DNA of 64,000 nucleotides from the IMG/VR virus record IMGVR_UViG_3300023118_000008, positions 28,188 to 92,187 of that record; one strand, written 5' to 3'. The stretch is from a virus. Lineage: Duplodnaviria; Heunggongvirae; Uroviricota; Caudoviricetes. Position 1 is the stretch's first letter, and each line of letters starts with the position of its first letter. The position numbers were made by a program, and so were the translations under genes. The notes beneath the pieces were generated by a model, which made no database searches, was not told the origin of the DNA, and was given only the letters and a program-made list of their open reading frames with translations. Positions 45,290 through 55,185 of the stretch are shown piece by piece.

Positions 45290-45690
45290 TCTGAAATTGT
45301 TTTTATGTTTTTTCTTACTTCTTTAATGCCGTCCCAATCTGTCCCACTATAGCTTTGTCTAGTACCATAAAGCATGAAATAGGTGTCTGTTGGTTTGTAA
45401 AGATAGATTCTTTGCAATACTGAATTCTCAGATCCATAACTATCATACTGTATAGTGTCATTACTCTCTGTAAACTCAATCTCATTTTCTTCTAGAAACT
45501 CTTCATAAGTTTTACCTGCTTCGGTTTCCATCTCATCTACAAATTCATAGAGGCTATCAAAATTCTCTAGAATCAAATTTTCTAATTTTTCTGCTGTCAT
45601 ATTAAAGGGTTTCGTAGTCAACGACTGATTTTGTAATTGGTTGAACAAATTGTACTTCTGTGACTTGTGGATTATTTCCATAAGAGTCAT
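45280..45690 (-). CDS. hypothetical protein (likely a shorter internal start)
   Basis: ORF on the minus strand. Confidence 0.4.
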   Translation of the reverse strand: MTLMEIIHKSQKYNLFNQLQNQSLTTKPFNMTAEKLENLILENFDSLYEFVDEMETEAGKTYEEFLEENEIEFTESNDTIQYDSYGSENSVLQRIYLYKPTDTYFMLYGTRQSYSGTDWDGIKEVRKNIKTISEWK

Positions 45691-45862
45691 CCTCTTCTAC
45701 AATTCTCAGAAACACACCATCTCCAACGTCATAAACTGTTGTTTTTGTACCTGTTTCTCCCTCTTTTTCCCAGTCATAGTCCGTATCTTCCGCTACGCTT
45801 TTATATGTGTAGCTCAGATTGTTCAAATTCTTTAGTACTGAATTGATTTTCTTGATGTCCAT
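45602..45862 (-). CDS. hypothetical protein
   Basis: ORF on the minus strand. Confidence 0.35.
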   Translation of the reverse strand: MDIKKINSVLKNLNNLSYTYKSVAEDTDYDWEKEGETGTKTTVYDVGDGVFLRIVEEDDSYGNNPQVTEVQFVQPITKSVVDYETL

Positions 45863-46595
45863 TTTCTTTTAATTTGTTGTTAATAAAATTTATATAATTA
45901 TACTCAGGTCTTTCTAATTTTGGGTAATTCCCTATTGCAAAAAGTGCTATAAATTTTGGGAAGTGTTTTATAATATTATCTTTCAGTTGTTTTTTAAAAG
46001 CTATCCTATAGTCTGTTGCCTTATATCTTTCCCACGCCATTACATACGACTCTTCCCTTACAACTTCGCACTTTTCTTCAAAACTTAAACTATCCCACTT
46101 CTTTTCATCTAATTCCACTTCACATCCCTCTTTTAAAAGTCTTGTATACATTGGCACGGGATTTAGTAAAGTGTGCAGATAGTCATGCTCAAAAGTATCT
46201 TGATTCACTGCATTTGTAAAAAACTGTTCTTTGTCTAGGCTCAGGTCGCTTCTTCTGACGTTTTTATGTACCGTGTTCCAATACCCAATAAACTCTTCTA
46301 ATAGTTTTAAGTCATATTTATGACCTTTATTTAAAAGGAATTGAATATCAAATAAATGTTTGTTCCAATTTATATCCCAAAACATGTGGGACATTTTCAG
46401 AGTTAATAATATATCTGGAGAAATATAATCAGAACTTTCGTATTTAATTAAAACAGGATTTTCCAAATACTCCACACCTTTAGTTTTTCCAAACTGTTTT
46501 TGGTCTTCCACAACATAGTCTAAATCTTTAGGTTCTCTTGGAAATTCAGGGTAGTGGTGTCTTAAAGCTGTTGATCCTATAATTATTTTTCTCAT
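45801..46595 (-). CDS. nucleotidyltransferase-like protein
   Basis: N-terminal IIIGSTALRHHYPEFPREPKDLDYVV matches GS.(x13).D.D. Confidence 0.4.
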   Translation of the reverse strand: MRKIIIGSTALRHHYPEFPREPKDLDYVVEDQKQFGKTKGVEYLENPVLIKYESSDYISPDILLTLKMSHMFWDINWNKHLFDIQFLLNKGHKYDLKLLEEFIGYWNTVHKNVRRSDLSLDKEQFFTNAVNQDTFEHDYLHTLLNPVPMYTRLLKEGCEVELDEKKWDSLSFEEKCEVVREESYVMAWERYKATDYRIAFKKQLKDNIIKHFPKFIALFAIGNYPKLERPEYNYINFINNKLKENGHQENQFSTKEFEQSELHI

Positions 46596-46825
46596 ACGTG
46601 TATTATTTCTACAATATCTTCATCTGTTTCTAATCTTTTCTCAGGCGTTCTCATAACATAGACGTCATTGGTTCTTGTCCCACTACCTAATCCTAGAGTT
46701 TCATAGCTCACTAAGTGGTCATAATAATCAGTTTCACGATTTAATTTACATATGTATTTTAAGCGTTTGCCGTGTTTTGAGATTAGTATATCTCCTTTTT
46801 TGCATGTTGATAAGTCTACTGCCAT
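46592..46825 (-). CDS. hypothetical protein
   Basis: ORF on the minus strand. Confidence 0.4.
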   Translation of the reverse strand: MAVDLSTCKKGDILISKHGKRLKYICKLNRETDYYDHLVSYETLGLGSGTRTNDVYVMRTPEKRLETDEDIVEIIHV

Positions 46826-46834
46826 TATTTTTTA

Positions 46835-47095
46835 TTATTTCGCGGGAAAAAGTTTACAATCAAAAAGAGAAAACAAATCTCTCATTTGTTCAAAGGTTAA
46901 ATTATTAGGAAAGTTAAAAAGCATATCTAATTCTTGTTTCATAGCTTCGTTATCTTGAAGCCTTAGCCAAAAACAGTCTCCGTCAAATTCTAGCTTAAAT
47001 ATCTCAGGATTACTTTTGACTAAAATTAGTTTTCCTGTGAAAGTATTTTTGTTAAAGCGGTCTGATAGAATACGCCATTGTTCGGTTGAAAACAT
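46835..47095 (-). CDS. hypothetical protein (its C-terminus is encoded by the reverse complement of a plus-orientation motif copy)
   Basis: ORF on the minus strand. Confidence 0.4.
   Translation of the reverse strand: MFSTEQWRILSDRFNKNTFTGKLILVKSNPEIFKLEFDGDCFWLRLQDNEAMKQELDMLFNFPNNLTFEQMRDLFSLFDCKLFPAK
46848..46878 (+). promoter_or_regulatory. Recurrent motif copy in plus orientation inside the minus-strand gene block
   Basis: atttCGCGGGaaaaagtttacaatcaaaaag. Confidence 0.45.
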
Positions 47096-47096
47096 C

Positions 47097-47306
47097 CTAT
47101 AAAATATTCCAAGATTTATCCAAGTCTAAAACACCTGCAATTTCAAAACTATCGTCTGATAAAGACAATTTGCCTCCATTAGAACTAGACCTGAACTTGT
47201 CAAATTCCTTTAAAGCCAGTTCCTTAGCCTGTTCTTCTGATTCTGCCTTTACTGTTGCGCAAATCACGGCTCTATAGCCAATTGTAATGTCATAGTTTGT
47301 TTTCAT
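47097..47306 (-). CDS. hypothetical protein
   Basis: ORF on the minus strand. Confidence 0.4.
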   Translation of the reverse strand: MKTNYDITIGYRAVICATVKAESEEQAKELALKEFDKFRSSSNGGKLSLSDDSFEIAGVLDLDKSWNIL

Positions 47307-47307
47307 A

Positions 47308-47538
47308 TTATTCTTTATTAATTTGTTTTATAAGTTGGTCTGAAACATACAACCAAGAAAACGCAGAGATACCTAAGAATATTAAAATAATAGCTATTGT
47401 ACTAAAAACAGTTCCTGTTGTTTCTTCCATTGTAAAATAAATACTTTTTAGCTTTTCTTCTTTCTTTGTTGTTTTGATAGTTATTATGATGGCGGAGGTA
47501 ATAACCCCAAGCCAATAAAAACTTTGGATAGCTCCCAT
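47308..47538 (-). CDS. small membrane protein (2 TM)
   Basis: Hydrophobic segments. Confidence 0.4.
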   Translation of the reverse strand: MGAIQSFYWLGVITSAIIITIKTTKKEEKLKSIYFTMEETTGTVFSTIAIILIFLGISAFSWLYVSDQLIKQINKE

Positions 47539-47768
47539 TAAACTGTTTTATCTATATCTTTAAGAGTCCTCTCCCAAGGCAATGCTCCGTATTCTATACC
47601 TTCTGATTTCAAAAGTTTTAAAATCTCCTCAACTGTAATTCTTGCACAAATCTGCGCATTTTTTAATATCACATCGTCGTCTGCCTGATTAATTAACATT
47701 CCTGAACCTAAGTAAGGATATACTAAACCCTTATATTTATCTACTAATTCTTGTGCTTTCATTTCCAA
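47538..47768 (-). CDS. hypothetical protein
   Basis: ORF on the minus strand. Confidence 0.4.
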   Translation of the reverse strand: MEMKAQELVDKYKGLVYPYLGSGMLINQADDDVILKNAQICARITVEEILKLLKSEGIEYGALPWERTLKDIDKTV

Positions 47769-47944
47769 GTTATTTGTTTATATTCTTCTTGTAATTGAGT
47801 AAAGTTCTTTAACACTTTAAGTGCAGTTTTTATTTCTAATTCCTGCCTCATTGAAGTATAAGCTCCGATTAAATCGTCTTCTTCTGTCAGAGGTTCATTA
47901 AGTTTTTTTAATTCATCCTCTAATAACTCTATTGCGTATTTCAT
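47759..47944 (-). CDS. hypothetical protein
   Basis: Small ORF on the minus strand. Confidence 0.35.
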   Translation of the reverse strand: MKYAIELLEDELKKLNEPLTEEDDLIGAYTSMRQELEIKTALKVLKNFTQLQEEYKQITWK

Positions 47945-48000
47945 ATTTTTCCTTTAAATTTTAAGTAGAGCCATAGTTGCAACAGAAATCTCAATAAATA

Positions 48001-48027
48001 AAAACCGCCGAAAAGAAGTAATACAAC
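48001..48027 (+). promoter_or_regulatory. Recurrent motif copy (aaaaCCGCCGaaaagaagtaatacaac) in plus orientation between minus-strand genes
   Basis: Motif family. Confidence 0.4.
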
Positions 48028-48074
48028 AAACCCAACAGTTTCTAACCAATTCCAAGTCCATGTAATTTCCATAA

Positions 48075-48494
48075 TTATATAAGTTTTAATGCTTCTTGTA
48101 ATCCTGTTTCTAAAGCCTCTTCGTAGGTTTGAAATCCTTGTTCTTTGCCGACTTTTTTAAGCTGTTCACTATTATAATCTTTTCCATCTTGCACATTATC
48201 TACAAACCTTGCAATCTCATATAAGTAACCTAATCTTTCTCTTTTGAAAAAGAAATTTGTAATCACCGTTACATCTATATTATGTTTTTCTCTAAGCCAC
48301 TTTTGTAAAAGTCCTTGTCTGGGAGCTAATAGGATTTTATCATTTAGTCTAATTCTATTCTCCAAACTTAAATTGAGTCTTATTGTATGTGTAGTCCCCT
48401 CTTTAGAATAGTATGTAATACAACTGTCCACTAAATGAAATCCAACTCTATTAGCTATTTTTGCGGTTTCAAATGAAACTAAGTTTTCTCTCAT
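48075..48494 (-). CDS. hypothetical protein
   Basis: ORF on the minus strand. Confidence 0.45.
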   Translation of the reverse strand: MRENLVSFETAKIANRVGFHLVDSCITYYSKEGTTHTIRLNLSLENRIRLNDKILLAPRQGLLQKWLREKHNIDVTVITNFFFKRERLGYLYEIARFVDNVQDGKDYNSEQLKKVGKEQGFQTYEEALETGLQEALKLI

Positions 48495-48736
48495 AATTTT
48501 GATTTTAAAGTATCTCCTATTTTTAAATTTTCAGCATCGAATGGAGGAACTAAAACTTCTATAATAGTATCTTTGTTTTTTAGCATTAGAGCTGTTATGC
48601 CTGAACTCCACTTTACAGGCTCTTCAATAAGTACATACCCTTTTCCTTGATACTTTTCTATTGGTTTTGGTTTTTCAAATTTGCAGGATGCTAAAATTGC
48701 GCAAAAAAGAATTAAAAACAGTTTTTTCATTTGCAA
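48491..48736 (-). CDS. small lipoprotein
   Basis: Signal peptide plus lipobox LFCAILASC. Confidence 0.45.
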   Translation of the reverse strand: MQMKKLFLILFCAILASCKFEKPKPIEKYQGKGYVLIEEPVKWSSGITALMLKNKDTIIEVLVPPFDAENLKIGDTLKSKL

Positions 48737-48890
48737 TCTAAAATTAAAATAGGTTTATATTTTTCTTTAATTATCTCTATCAAAGCGTCTAAATCGTAAG
48801 AGAAAACTCCTCTGCTACTATACCTAACAAAGTCATTGAATATCTTATTAGATACACTGTATACCTCCAAATTAATTAGAATCTTCTTTT

Positions 48891-49121
48891 TCATAGTATT
48901 TCAAATCTAATTTTATGTGAATACATTTCACCCCTACCTCCTGAATGACAACCTATCAATCCATCTAATTCAATATAAGTACCATCCCATAAAGTGACTC
49001 TGTCTTCTAAGTCAAAATCCTTTATGAATCTGTCCATAGACCAATAATTATCTAATGAGTCGGTGGTTGTGAAGTTGTATTCTGTAATTCTCTCACTTAA
49101 AATATCTTCTATTAGTTGCAT
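48891..49121 (-). CDS. hypothetical protein
   Basis: ORF on the minus strand. Confidence 0.4.
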   Translation of the reverse strand: MQLIEDILSERITEYNFTTTDSLDNYWSMDRFIKDFDLEDRVTLWDGTYIELDGLIGCHSGGRGEMYSHKIRFEIL

Positions 49122-49312
49122 TCTCTAAACATTTCAGGGTTTGTATCTATCTTTTCTTTCGCCGAGTTATACATCAGATCTAAAATCTCATCTGATATAG
49201 TATTATTATTTTCTCTAATCCATTTATAAGCTTTAAACAGTTCGTGTTTCTTTTCAGAGATTACGTCTTGTTTGCTTTTAAAGAAGGGTGTCATAAGTTC
49301 TAATAAATTCAT
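49112..49312 (-). CDS. hypothetical protein
   Basis: Small ORF on the minus strand. Confidence 0.35.
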   Translation of the reverse strand: MNLLELMTPFFKSKQDVISEKKHELFKAYKWIRENNNTISDEILDLMYNSAKEKIDTNPEMFRECN

Positions 49313-49327
49313 AAGTCATTAATTAAA

Positions 49328-49537
49328 TTAAACGTGTAAATTCTTCAAGGGACATTTGAAATAAATATTGTTATACTTGTTTTTAATTTTAGCTGTAAAG
49401 CCTTCCGTATTTGTCTGCTCTTCATGTTCACAAATTATGTAAAACATATCGTCTCCAACATAATTCCTCTCTTCATCATAACTACTGCTCTTATGAAAAG
49501 GATACGATATACATTCTTTAATTTCTAGGTGTGGCAT
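49328..49537 (-). CDS. hypothetical protein
   Basis: Small ORF on the minus strand. Confidence 0.35.
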   Translation of the reverse strand: MPHLEIKECISYPFHKSSSYDEERNYVGDDMFYIICEHEEQTNTEGFTAKIKNKYNNIYFKCPLKNLHV

Positions 49538-49546
49538 AGTTATTAT

Positions 49547-49870
49547 TTAATTTCCGTTTTCATATATTTTCAAGCCCTTATCAGTTAATCCAATCATCCA
49601 CATACATTCATCATCTGCTCTTCCAGGATCTACATTTCTTATAATATTTGAATTATAGGGATACTTATTCACTATTTCAGTATAATAAATAGGATTTCCG
49701 TGTGGTTGCATTTGGTCGTCACCAAAATCTTTTATTAAATCCCCGTCAAAAGCTTGCAAAGTTCCATAAGTGTTTACTAATTCGACCTTAAGTTTTTTAC
49801 AGTCCACATAAGCTTTTTTCAATCTATTAAAAGCTTTTTGCTGTTCTGTGTTTAAATCAAGTAGTCCCAT
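49547..49870 (-). CDS. hypothetical protein
   Basis: ORF on the minus strand. Confidence 0.45.
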   Translation of the reverse strand: MGLLDLNTEQQKAFNRLKKAYVDCKKLKVELVNTYGTLQAFDGDLIKDFGDDQMQPHGNPIYYTEIVNKYPYNSNIIRNVDPGRADDECMWMIGLTDKGLKIYENGN

Positions 49871-49879
49871 AATTTCTTT

Positions 49880-49908
49880 AATTTCGGCGGAAAAAGACTA
49901 AAAATACG
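49880..49908 (+). promoter_or_regulatory. Recurrent motif copy (aatttCGGCGGaaaaagactaaaaatacg) in plus orientation between minus-strand genes
   Basis: Near-consensus motif copy. Confidence 0.45.
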
Positions 49909-50031
49909 AAGTTTCTAGTCTAAATCCTGATTTCTTCTACAAAGATATACAATTAGTTTTAACTGCAAATTTTATTTAACAAAAGATTAGGTTTCGTAGT
50001 TATATAGACGTAGATGAGGAATCAGTTATAC

Positions 50032-51138
50032 CTATAGGGCTGTTAAAGAATATTCATTAAAGCATTCATTTGCTCCATTAAATAAAATAAAAGGTTTATA
50101 GGTATACTTTTTATTCAATTTTTGTAAGTGTACCTCATACTCGGATGCTTCTCTTGAATTGTTAAAAATAAACTGTTCAATAATTTCATAATTATATGGC
50201 ATCATTAGTTTTAACCTAAATCTACTTTCTATAGTTAGAAAAGTCTTCCCTATCTTATAAAACTCCTCCTGCTCGTTCCAGCATCTAATTATGTAGACTT
50301 TAAAGGAATCGAAATTTTCACTTCTATCTCCTGCGTTTTGCCAATTTGTATAATTCCAACCATTTGGGTTTTCAAGCATATATTTTCCAGTTCTTATACT
50401 ACCACATTTAGGACACCCCTGGTTACTTAAATGTTTTGAAGGGGTTTGATAAAACTCACCATGTTCTCTACAAATTATTATAGATTTACATCTAGCACAA
50501 TCATATACAAATTTAGAATAGTCATAATTAGTATAGTGTGTCAAATCCTTAAATTTATTTTTAATATAATCTGTCTTGTCCACAGCACCTAAAACAGTAG
50601 GCTGACAGTTGTTAACCAAATCATTTAATAACATAGTACATAACCCATAACTATCTTCTAAAGTGACTTTTCCCCTTTTATAACTTATTATTTTAAATAA
50701 CCCTTTTCTGTAATATTCGTTTGTTTCAATTAATTGGTTATGAACATAATCTACCTTATTAACAGCACTGTTTATTCCAGGCATCTCTCCTCGTTTTAAA
50801 CTATTGGCAGTTGTTTTATGAACTCCATATTTTGTTTTAACAAATATCTCCTTATTGAAACCTATGAAGTCTGAAACAATTTCAAAGTTATTATTTTTAT
50901 AGCTTTCATTGTGTTCTTTAATATAATTTGAATAGTAACTATTTTTATCAACAGCTGTCATAATTGTGGGTCTTGTATTATGCTCATATAAATTTCTAGG
51001 GTCACATGCACAAACCCCATAAGGTGTTTCAACTAGTACTTTACATTTATCACATTGATATTCACTTATAACTTTAAAATACCCACTTACAAAGTGTTCA
51101 TTTTTTTCTAATCTTTTTAAAAACTCTGAATGCTCCAT
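50032..51138 (-). CDS. T5orf172 (GIY-YIG-like) domain protein with N-terminal Zn-finger-like repeats; paralog of 62908-63951
   Basis: C-terminal FKVYIIRCWNEQEEFYKIGKT...R...MPYNYEII...EASEYEVHLQ matches the T5orf172 pattern; CxxC...C..C repeats at the N-terminus. Confidence 0.5.
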   Translation of the reverse strand: MEHSEFLKRLEKNEHFVSGYFKVISEYQCDKCKVLVETPYGVCACDPRNLYEHNTRPTIMTAVDKNSYYSNYIKEHNESYKNNNFEIVSDFIGFNKEIFVKTKYGVHKTTANSLKRGEMPGINSAVNKVDYVHNQLIETNEYYRKGLFKIISYKRGKVTLEDSYGLCTMLLNDLVNNCQPTVLGAVDKTDYIKNKFKDLTHYTNYDYSKFVYDCARCKSIIICREHGEFYQTPSKHLSNQGCPKCGSIRTGKYMLENPNGWNYTNWQNAGDRSENFDSFKVYIIRCWNEQEEFYKIGKTFLTIESRFRLKLMMPYNYEIIEQFIFNNSREASEYEVHLQKLNKKYTYKPFILFNGANECFNEYSLTAL

Positions 51139-51304
51139 TACTTTGGCCTAAAAACAAGAAAACTCTAATCAAAAACCGCTGGCACAGTTAATGAAAAGAG
51201 TTTCTCAATAAATAATTCGTTTATATCAGATAAATATGCCAGTAAGAATCTGAAAAACAAAAATATGAAACTATAATTGATTTACCAAAAGTGTAAATTT
51301 TTTA

Positions 51305-52897
51305 TTAATCTAATAATGTTGTAAATCTCCCATTGATAATATTTAATTGTGCTACTTTACCATCAGGATAAATAACTGCATTTGAATTGAGCCAACCAGA
51401 GGCACCTTTGTTATACCCAACTCTTAAATGTGTTAAAGTACCTACCGAAACAGAACCATCAATACGATTTGGGACGTGTGAATGGCCAACTATAGTGCGG
51501 ATTGGTAAATTTTTCAATTGTGTTGGACTAGATCTCGAACCATGTACACCTAAGTGGCTATGAATCCCCAATTGCCAGCCTTTTACATCTAAAGATTCGT
51601 CTATTCCTAGAGGATAGACATTATCCAACTCTGTTGAAAATACATAAGGAACAATCCCCTTTTGTGCCTTCCCTTCTGCTAAAACATTGGCAAATTTTAA
51701 GTACATCTTCTTATTTGTGGACTTTCTCCAATCTGCACTACAAAGCCATTTGTCAATATGTTCGCAATGATTTGATCGCACAGTTACAAATTGGTACTGA
51801 GGGTATTTTTTAAACCACGAAACAGCTTGATTCAATTCCCTCTCTAAAGACCAAGATCCATCCTCTTCTCTTTTTAGTAATAAAAAAGGATCTTTTAGTT
51901 CATGATGGCTAACAGAATGAGAATTTACAGGGTCGTGAATGATGATTTTTTTAGGCCTTAAAACCTCCGCCATTTGAAACGACACTTTCTCTGCGATTGG
52001 GTTCGTCTCTCCTATGTGAAGATCCCCAAATACCATAGCCTCTGTCGGCTCATTAGAGACATTTACTTGACCATCTTTAACTTGGTACACTAAATCATAA
52101 AAATCTCCCTTCTTATCAGCTGTAATGTGCCTTAAATGGAAGCTCTCTCCATCTATCTCTACAATTACACAGGCAATTTGATGATGAAAGGCACCTTTTG
52201 CGCCAACTGCCGAATCTGTATAATTTTCTACAGTCACTGCTCCCGTCGTCATTAGTAGTTTATGTGGGTACCCTTCTACAACTGGCAACGAACGTAGCTG
52301 GACTCTAGGATGACCTATGATACAACTTTCCAAACCTGTTATAGAATTTAGTCCGTTAAGAGGCATAGAACTGGTCGGCTGAATTTTAATATTGGATAAG
52401 ATACATAATAGCGGATGTAAATTATGCCTATTGGCATCCAAATAAGGGAGTACTAAAGGATCCCATGTGTTCTTAACATCCTTTTCTTTTTTCTTCAATT
52501 GTTTACTTGAAGCTAAGGATGTGGGTGATTTGTATCTTCCTGCGCAGATAAGTATGTCCCCATCAATATGACGTGCATAAGCTTCCATATTTTTAAGAAA
52601 TGCCTTATGTACAGGCGTTTCTGATTGTGCCCAGCTTATTAAAAACCTATTCTTTGTAGAGTCATGCTGTTTTTGTTGGGCTTCTTTAAATACATCTGTG
52701 TCTTCCACTGAAGGTGTGTTTTTCGTGACTCCTGCCTTTTGAAGCTTGTGGCGGAACTGTCTACCTATTGATTCCTTGTATGTTATTTCAAACTTTTCAC
52801 ACATCTTTATAGTCGCTCCTGTGACACTAGTTCCTCTATTAACTAAGTCTACCACATATTGTATTTGCTCATCTGAATATACTTTCTTTTTTCCCAT
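51305..52897 (-). CDS. calcineurin-like metallophosphoesterase with about 280-aa N-terminal extension
   Basis: MVFGDLHIGE (GDxHG), SNHCEH (GNHE-like), GHSHVPN (GH.H). Confidence 0.55.
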   Translation of the reverse strand: MGKKKVYSDEQIQYVVDLVNRGTSVTGATIKMCEKFEITYKESIGRQFRHKLQKAGVTKNTPSVEDTDVFKEAQQKQHDSTKNRFLISWAQSETPVHKAFLKNMEAYARHIDGDILICAGRYKSPTSLASSKQLKKKEKDVKNTWDPLVLPYLDANRHNLHPLLCILSNIKIQPTSSMPLNGLNSITGLESCIIGHPRVQLRSLPVVEGYPHKLLMTTGAVTVENYTDSAVGAKGAFHHQIACVIVEIDGESFHLRHITADKKGDFYDLVYQVKDGQVNVSNEPTEAMVFGDLHIGETNPIAEKVSFQMAEVLRPKKIIIHDPVNSHSVSHHELKDPFLLLKREEDGSWSLERELNQAVSWFKKYPQYQFVTVRSNHCEHIDKWLCSADWRKSTNKKMYLKFANVLAEGKAQKGIVPYVFSTELDNVYPLGIDESLDVKGWQLGIHSHLGVHGSRSSPTQLKNLPIRTIVGHSHVPNRIDGSVSVGTLTHLRVGYNKGASGWLNSNAVIYPDGKVAQLNIINGRFTTLLD

Positions 52898-53117
52898 TTA
52901 TCTAATATTGTCTTCCTCTTGGAAGAGTTCTTTGATTCTGTTTATGTTCATTTATTTGTTTTTAACTGTTTTTTGAGCCGATTTCCATTCATTTAACATA
53001 TCTTTATCAGAATATCCAAAGTATTTTTCACAGTTTTCTTGAGTATCTTCTTCTCTGAACCATTTTGCAAAGTCTATTAAATCTTGTTCGTTAAATTCTT
53101 TCATATTTAGTCTTATT

Positions 53118-53312
53118 TTAAATTTTCTTCCCGCAAATATTGCAAATCTCAGCTTCTTCTACGGAACCAATCCTCCAAGAATAGTTTCCTATGTGGGTTT
53201 CCTCGTGTTTGCAGATTTCTCTCAGCTGTTCTAACCTTTCTTGTGAATTTTTTATTGTTTTATAAAGGTTTTCACATTCTTCTTTTATTTTCATTGTTTT
53301 AATATTCGTCAA
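53118..53312 (-). CDS. small zinc-ribbon protein
   Basis: C..H...CNICGKKI. Confidence 0.35.
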   Translation of the reverse strand: MTNIKTMKIKEECENLYKTIKNSQERLEQLREICKHEETHIGNYSWRIGSVEEAEICNICGKKI

Positions 53313-53314
53313 AA

Positions 53315-53629
53315 TTAAGTCCCCTCTACTGTATCTGGGTAATTAGTGGGGATATTCTCACTCTTTACTTTTAATAGTCTGTGTGTTGGGTAGTGCTCAA
53401 ATATTTTCCCATTGTTATGCCTATAGCCTCCTGCTATGATAGCAGAAGAATGCTCTCTTACTTTTTCTGGTGAATCTACTTCATATGAAAAAATTCTTCC
53501 GTCATCTAGATATACTTTTATCTTATACATTTTCTTTCCCTTTATTAATTTTATTAAGCCCCTCTTCCAACATTTCTGAAAAGCAAGTACCACCGTTATA
53601 GAACAAATAGGTAAAGTTAATAGTACCAT
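53315..53629 (-). CDS. hypothetical protein (likely internal start MYKIKVY near 53530)
   Basis: ORF on the minus strand. Confidence 0.4.
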   Translation of the reverse strand: MVLLTLPICSITVVLAFQKCWKRGLIKLIKGKKMYKIKVYLDDGRIFSYEVDSPEKVREHSSAIIAGGYRHNNGKIFEHYPTHRLLKVKSENIPTNYPDTVEGT

Positions 53630-53912
53630 CAGAATTCTGATTAGTCAAATCTAAAAAGTCTGCTTCCTGTTCCCCTGAATGTTCTAAAATTTCATAAAGA
53701 GTGCCTTTATTCCAGATATATTTGATATAAAACGGTTCTTTGTACTTCTTAGTTTTATCGCGGATTTCAAAATATTCATACTCGTCTTCCATTTTCTCTT
53801 CAAAATCCTCAATTTCTAAATTTGGTTTTGTTTCTACCCATGCTTGAAGTTCTTGTAGAGAAATCTTGCCAATTGGTTTTAGTTTTCCTGTGTGTAATTC
53901 TGTATATGACAT
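53523..53912 (-). CDS. hypothetical protein
   Basis: ORF on the minus strand. Confidence 0.45.
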   Translation of the reverse strand: MSYTELHTGKLKPIGKISLQELQAWVETKPNLEIEDFEEKMEDEYEYFEIRDKTKKYKEPFYIKYIWNKGTLYEILEHSGEQEADFLDLTNQNSDGTINFTYLFYNGGTCFSEMLEEGLNKINKGKENV

Positions 53913-53914
53913 AG

Positions 53915-54121
53915 TTATTTTTCGTTTTTAAATATTAAATACTCTAACTCTCTGATTCTTATTTTTAAACTGTTTATCTTTTCTTTATTGAGAATTTTAT
54001 CCATTTTTGGATTTTCTTCTCCCGCCAAATCAGATTTTAGATGGTTCAAGCGATCTAGTATGACTTTTTTAAACTTATATTGTTCAATATTTCCTGATTT
54101 TATGTATTCTTGTATATCCAT
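53915..54121 (-). CDS. hypothetical protein
   Basis: Small ORF on the minus strand. Confidence 0.4.
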   Translation of the reverse strand: MDIQEYIKSGNIEQYKFKKVILDRLNHLKSDLAGEENPKMDKILNKEKINSLKIRIRELEYLIFKNEK

Positions 54122-54147
54122 ATTAATAATTTTAGGTTGGACATTTA

Positions 54148-54747
54148 CTAGGACAATATGTCGAGGTTCTCTTTTAAGAAGTTCTTTCTTAAAATTAATT
54201 CGTAGTAATCTATTGTCTCTGTTTTACTTTGATAGTGTCTTTTCCAAGTTTGGGGAGCCTCTTTTCTACACTGTTCGACTCTTTCTTCCGCCGATTTTAA
54301 TTTATCAGTATTGAAATGGTAATAAAGAAACGCCTCCCAGTAATGATGTTGTTCGGGTGCGATAAAAACAATAGCAAACTGCAATCCAAAGAAAACAAAG
54401 CTAAACACAGGAGCATATTCAAATCTGTAGTCAGTGTTTGACCATTTTGTCTTCCATCCAACATCTCTAAGATCAGTTCCTATTTTCTTTGATCGCGGAA
54501 ATTTATATTTAAGGTAACTTTCATATAATTCCTCAAACGAACGTTCTGTGCGCTTATAACTCCCCTCTTTAGATTTATGCTCCTTGATCCTTTCTATTTC
54601 CCTTAAAGCTTCTTCTTTAGCTTTTTTAGGAGTTGCTTTTTTCCATACTCTTGGTGTGAAATAGGGCACGCCTATCTTAACTCCACCAAAGTGGAACTTC
54701 CATTTCAAAGGTTTGAAAGGAGAGAAAAATGTTTTTGTAAATATCAT
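54148..54747 (-). CDS. hypothetical protein (contains a sense-oriented motif copy at 54281-54300)
   Basis: ORF on the minus strand. Confidence 0.45.
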   Translation of the reverse strand: MIFTKTFFSPFKPLKWKFHFGGVKIGVPYFTPRVWKKATPKKAKEEALREIERIKEHKSKEGSYKRTERSFEELYESYLKYKFPRSKKIGTDLRDVGWKTKWSNTDYRFEYAPVFSFVFFGLQFAIVFIAPEQHHYWEAFLYYHFNTDKLKSAEERVEQCRKEAPQTWKRHYQSKTETIDYYELILRKNFLKENLDILS

Positions 54748-54774
54748 TTGTTCATATTTTTATTATCCGTTATT

Positions 54775-55185
54775 TCAATCATTACTGACTGTTTTATCAT
54801 TTATTCTTCTAAACTCTTTTTCGGCGCGGTAAATTGGAAGAAAGGGGTTATGTGGTCTTAAATTATCTTCATAAGCTATTATTGCGTCTAAGTATTGATT
54901 GTCAATATTTTTGAGCTTTATGTAGAGTAAAGGTTGTTTTCCATCTTCTCCGCGACTACCTCTTGAAAAAACTTCTCTGATTTGTTCGTGAGGAGAGTCT
55001 GTATATAGGTAATTTGGCTTAACTAAACTTAAATCTTTGCCTCCTGCCCTTCCATATTGCAATCCACCATCACACATTGTCCCATTTTCACAACTACAAG
55101 TTTTGTAATCGTGTACATGTGTGCTTACCAAAGTCTCATTACATTGTAAACAAATTACTGAGTTATAAACTAACTTTCTTTCCAT
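54775..55185 (-). CDS. hypothetical protein with a Cys cluster (CLQCNE...C.C)
   Basis: ORF on the minus strand. Confidence 0.45.
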   Translation of the reverse strand: MERKLVYNSVICLQCNETLVSTHVHDYKTCSCENGTMCDGGLQYGRAGGKDLSLVKPNYLYTDSPHEQIREVFSRGSRGEDGKQPLLYIKLKNIDNQYLDAIIAYEDNLRPHNPFLPIYRAEKEFRRINDKTVSND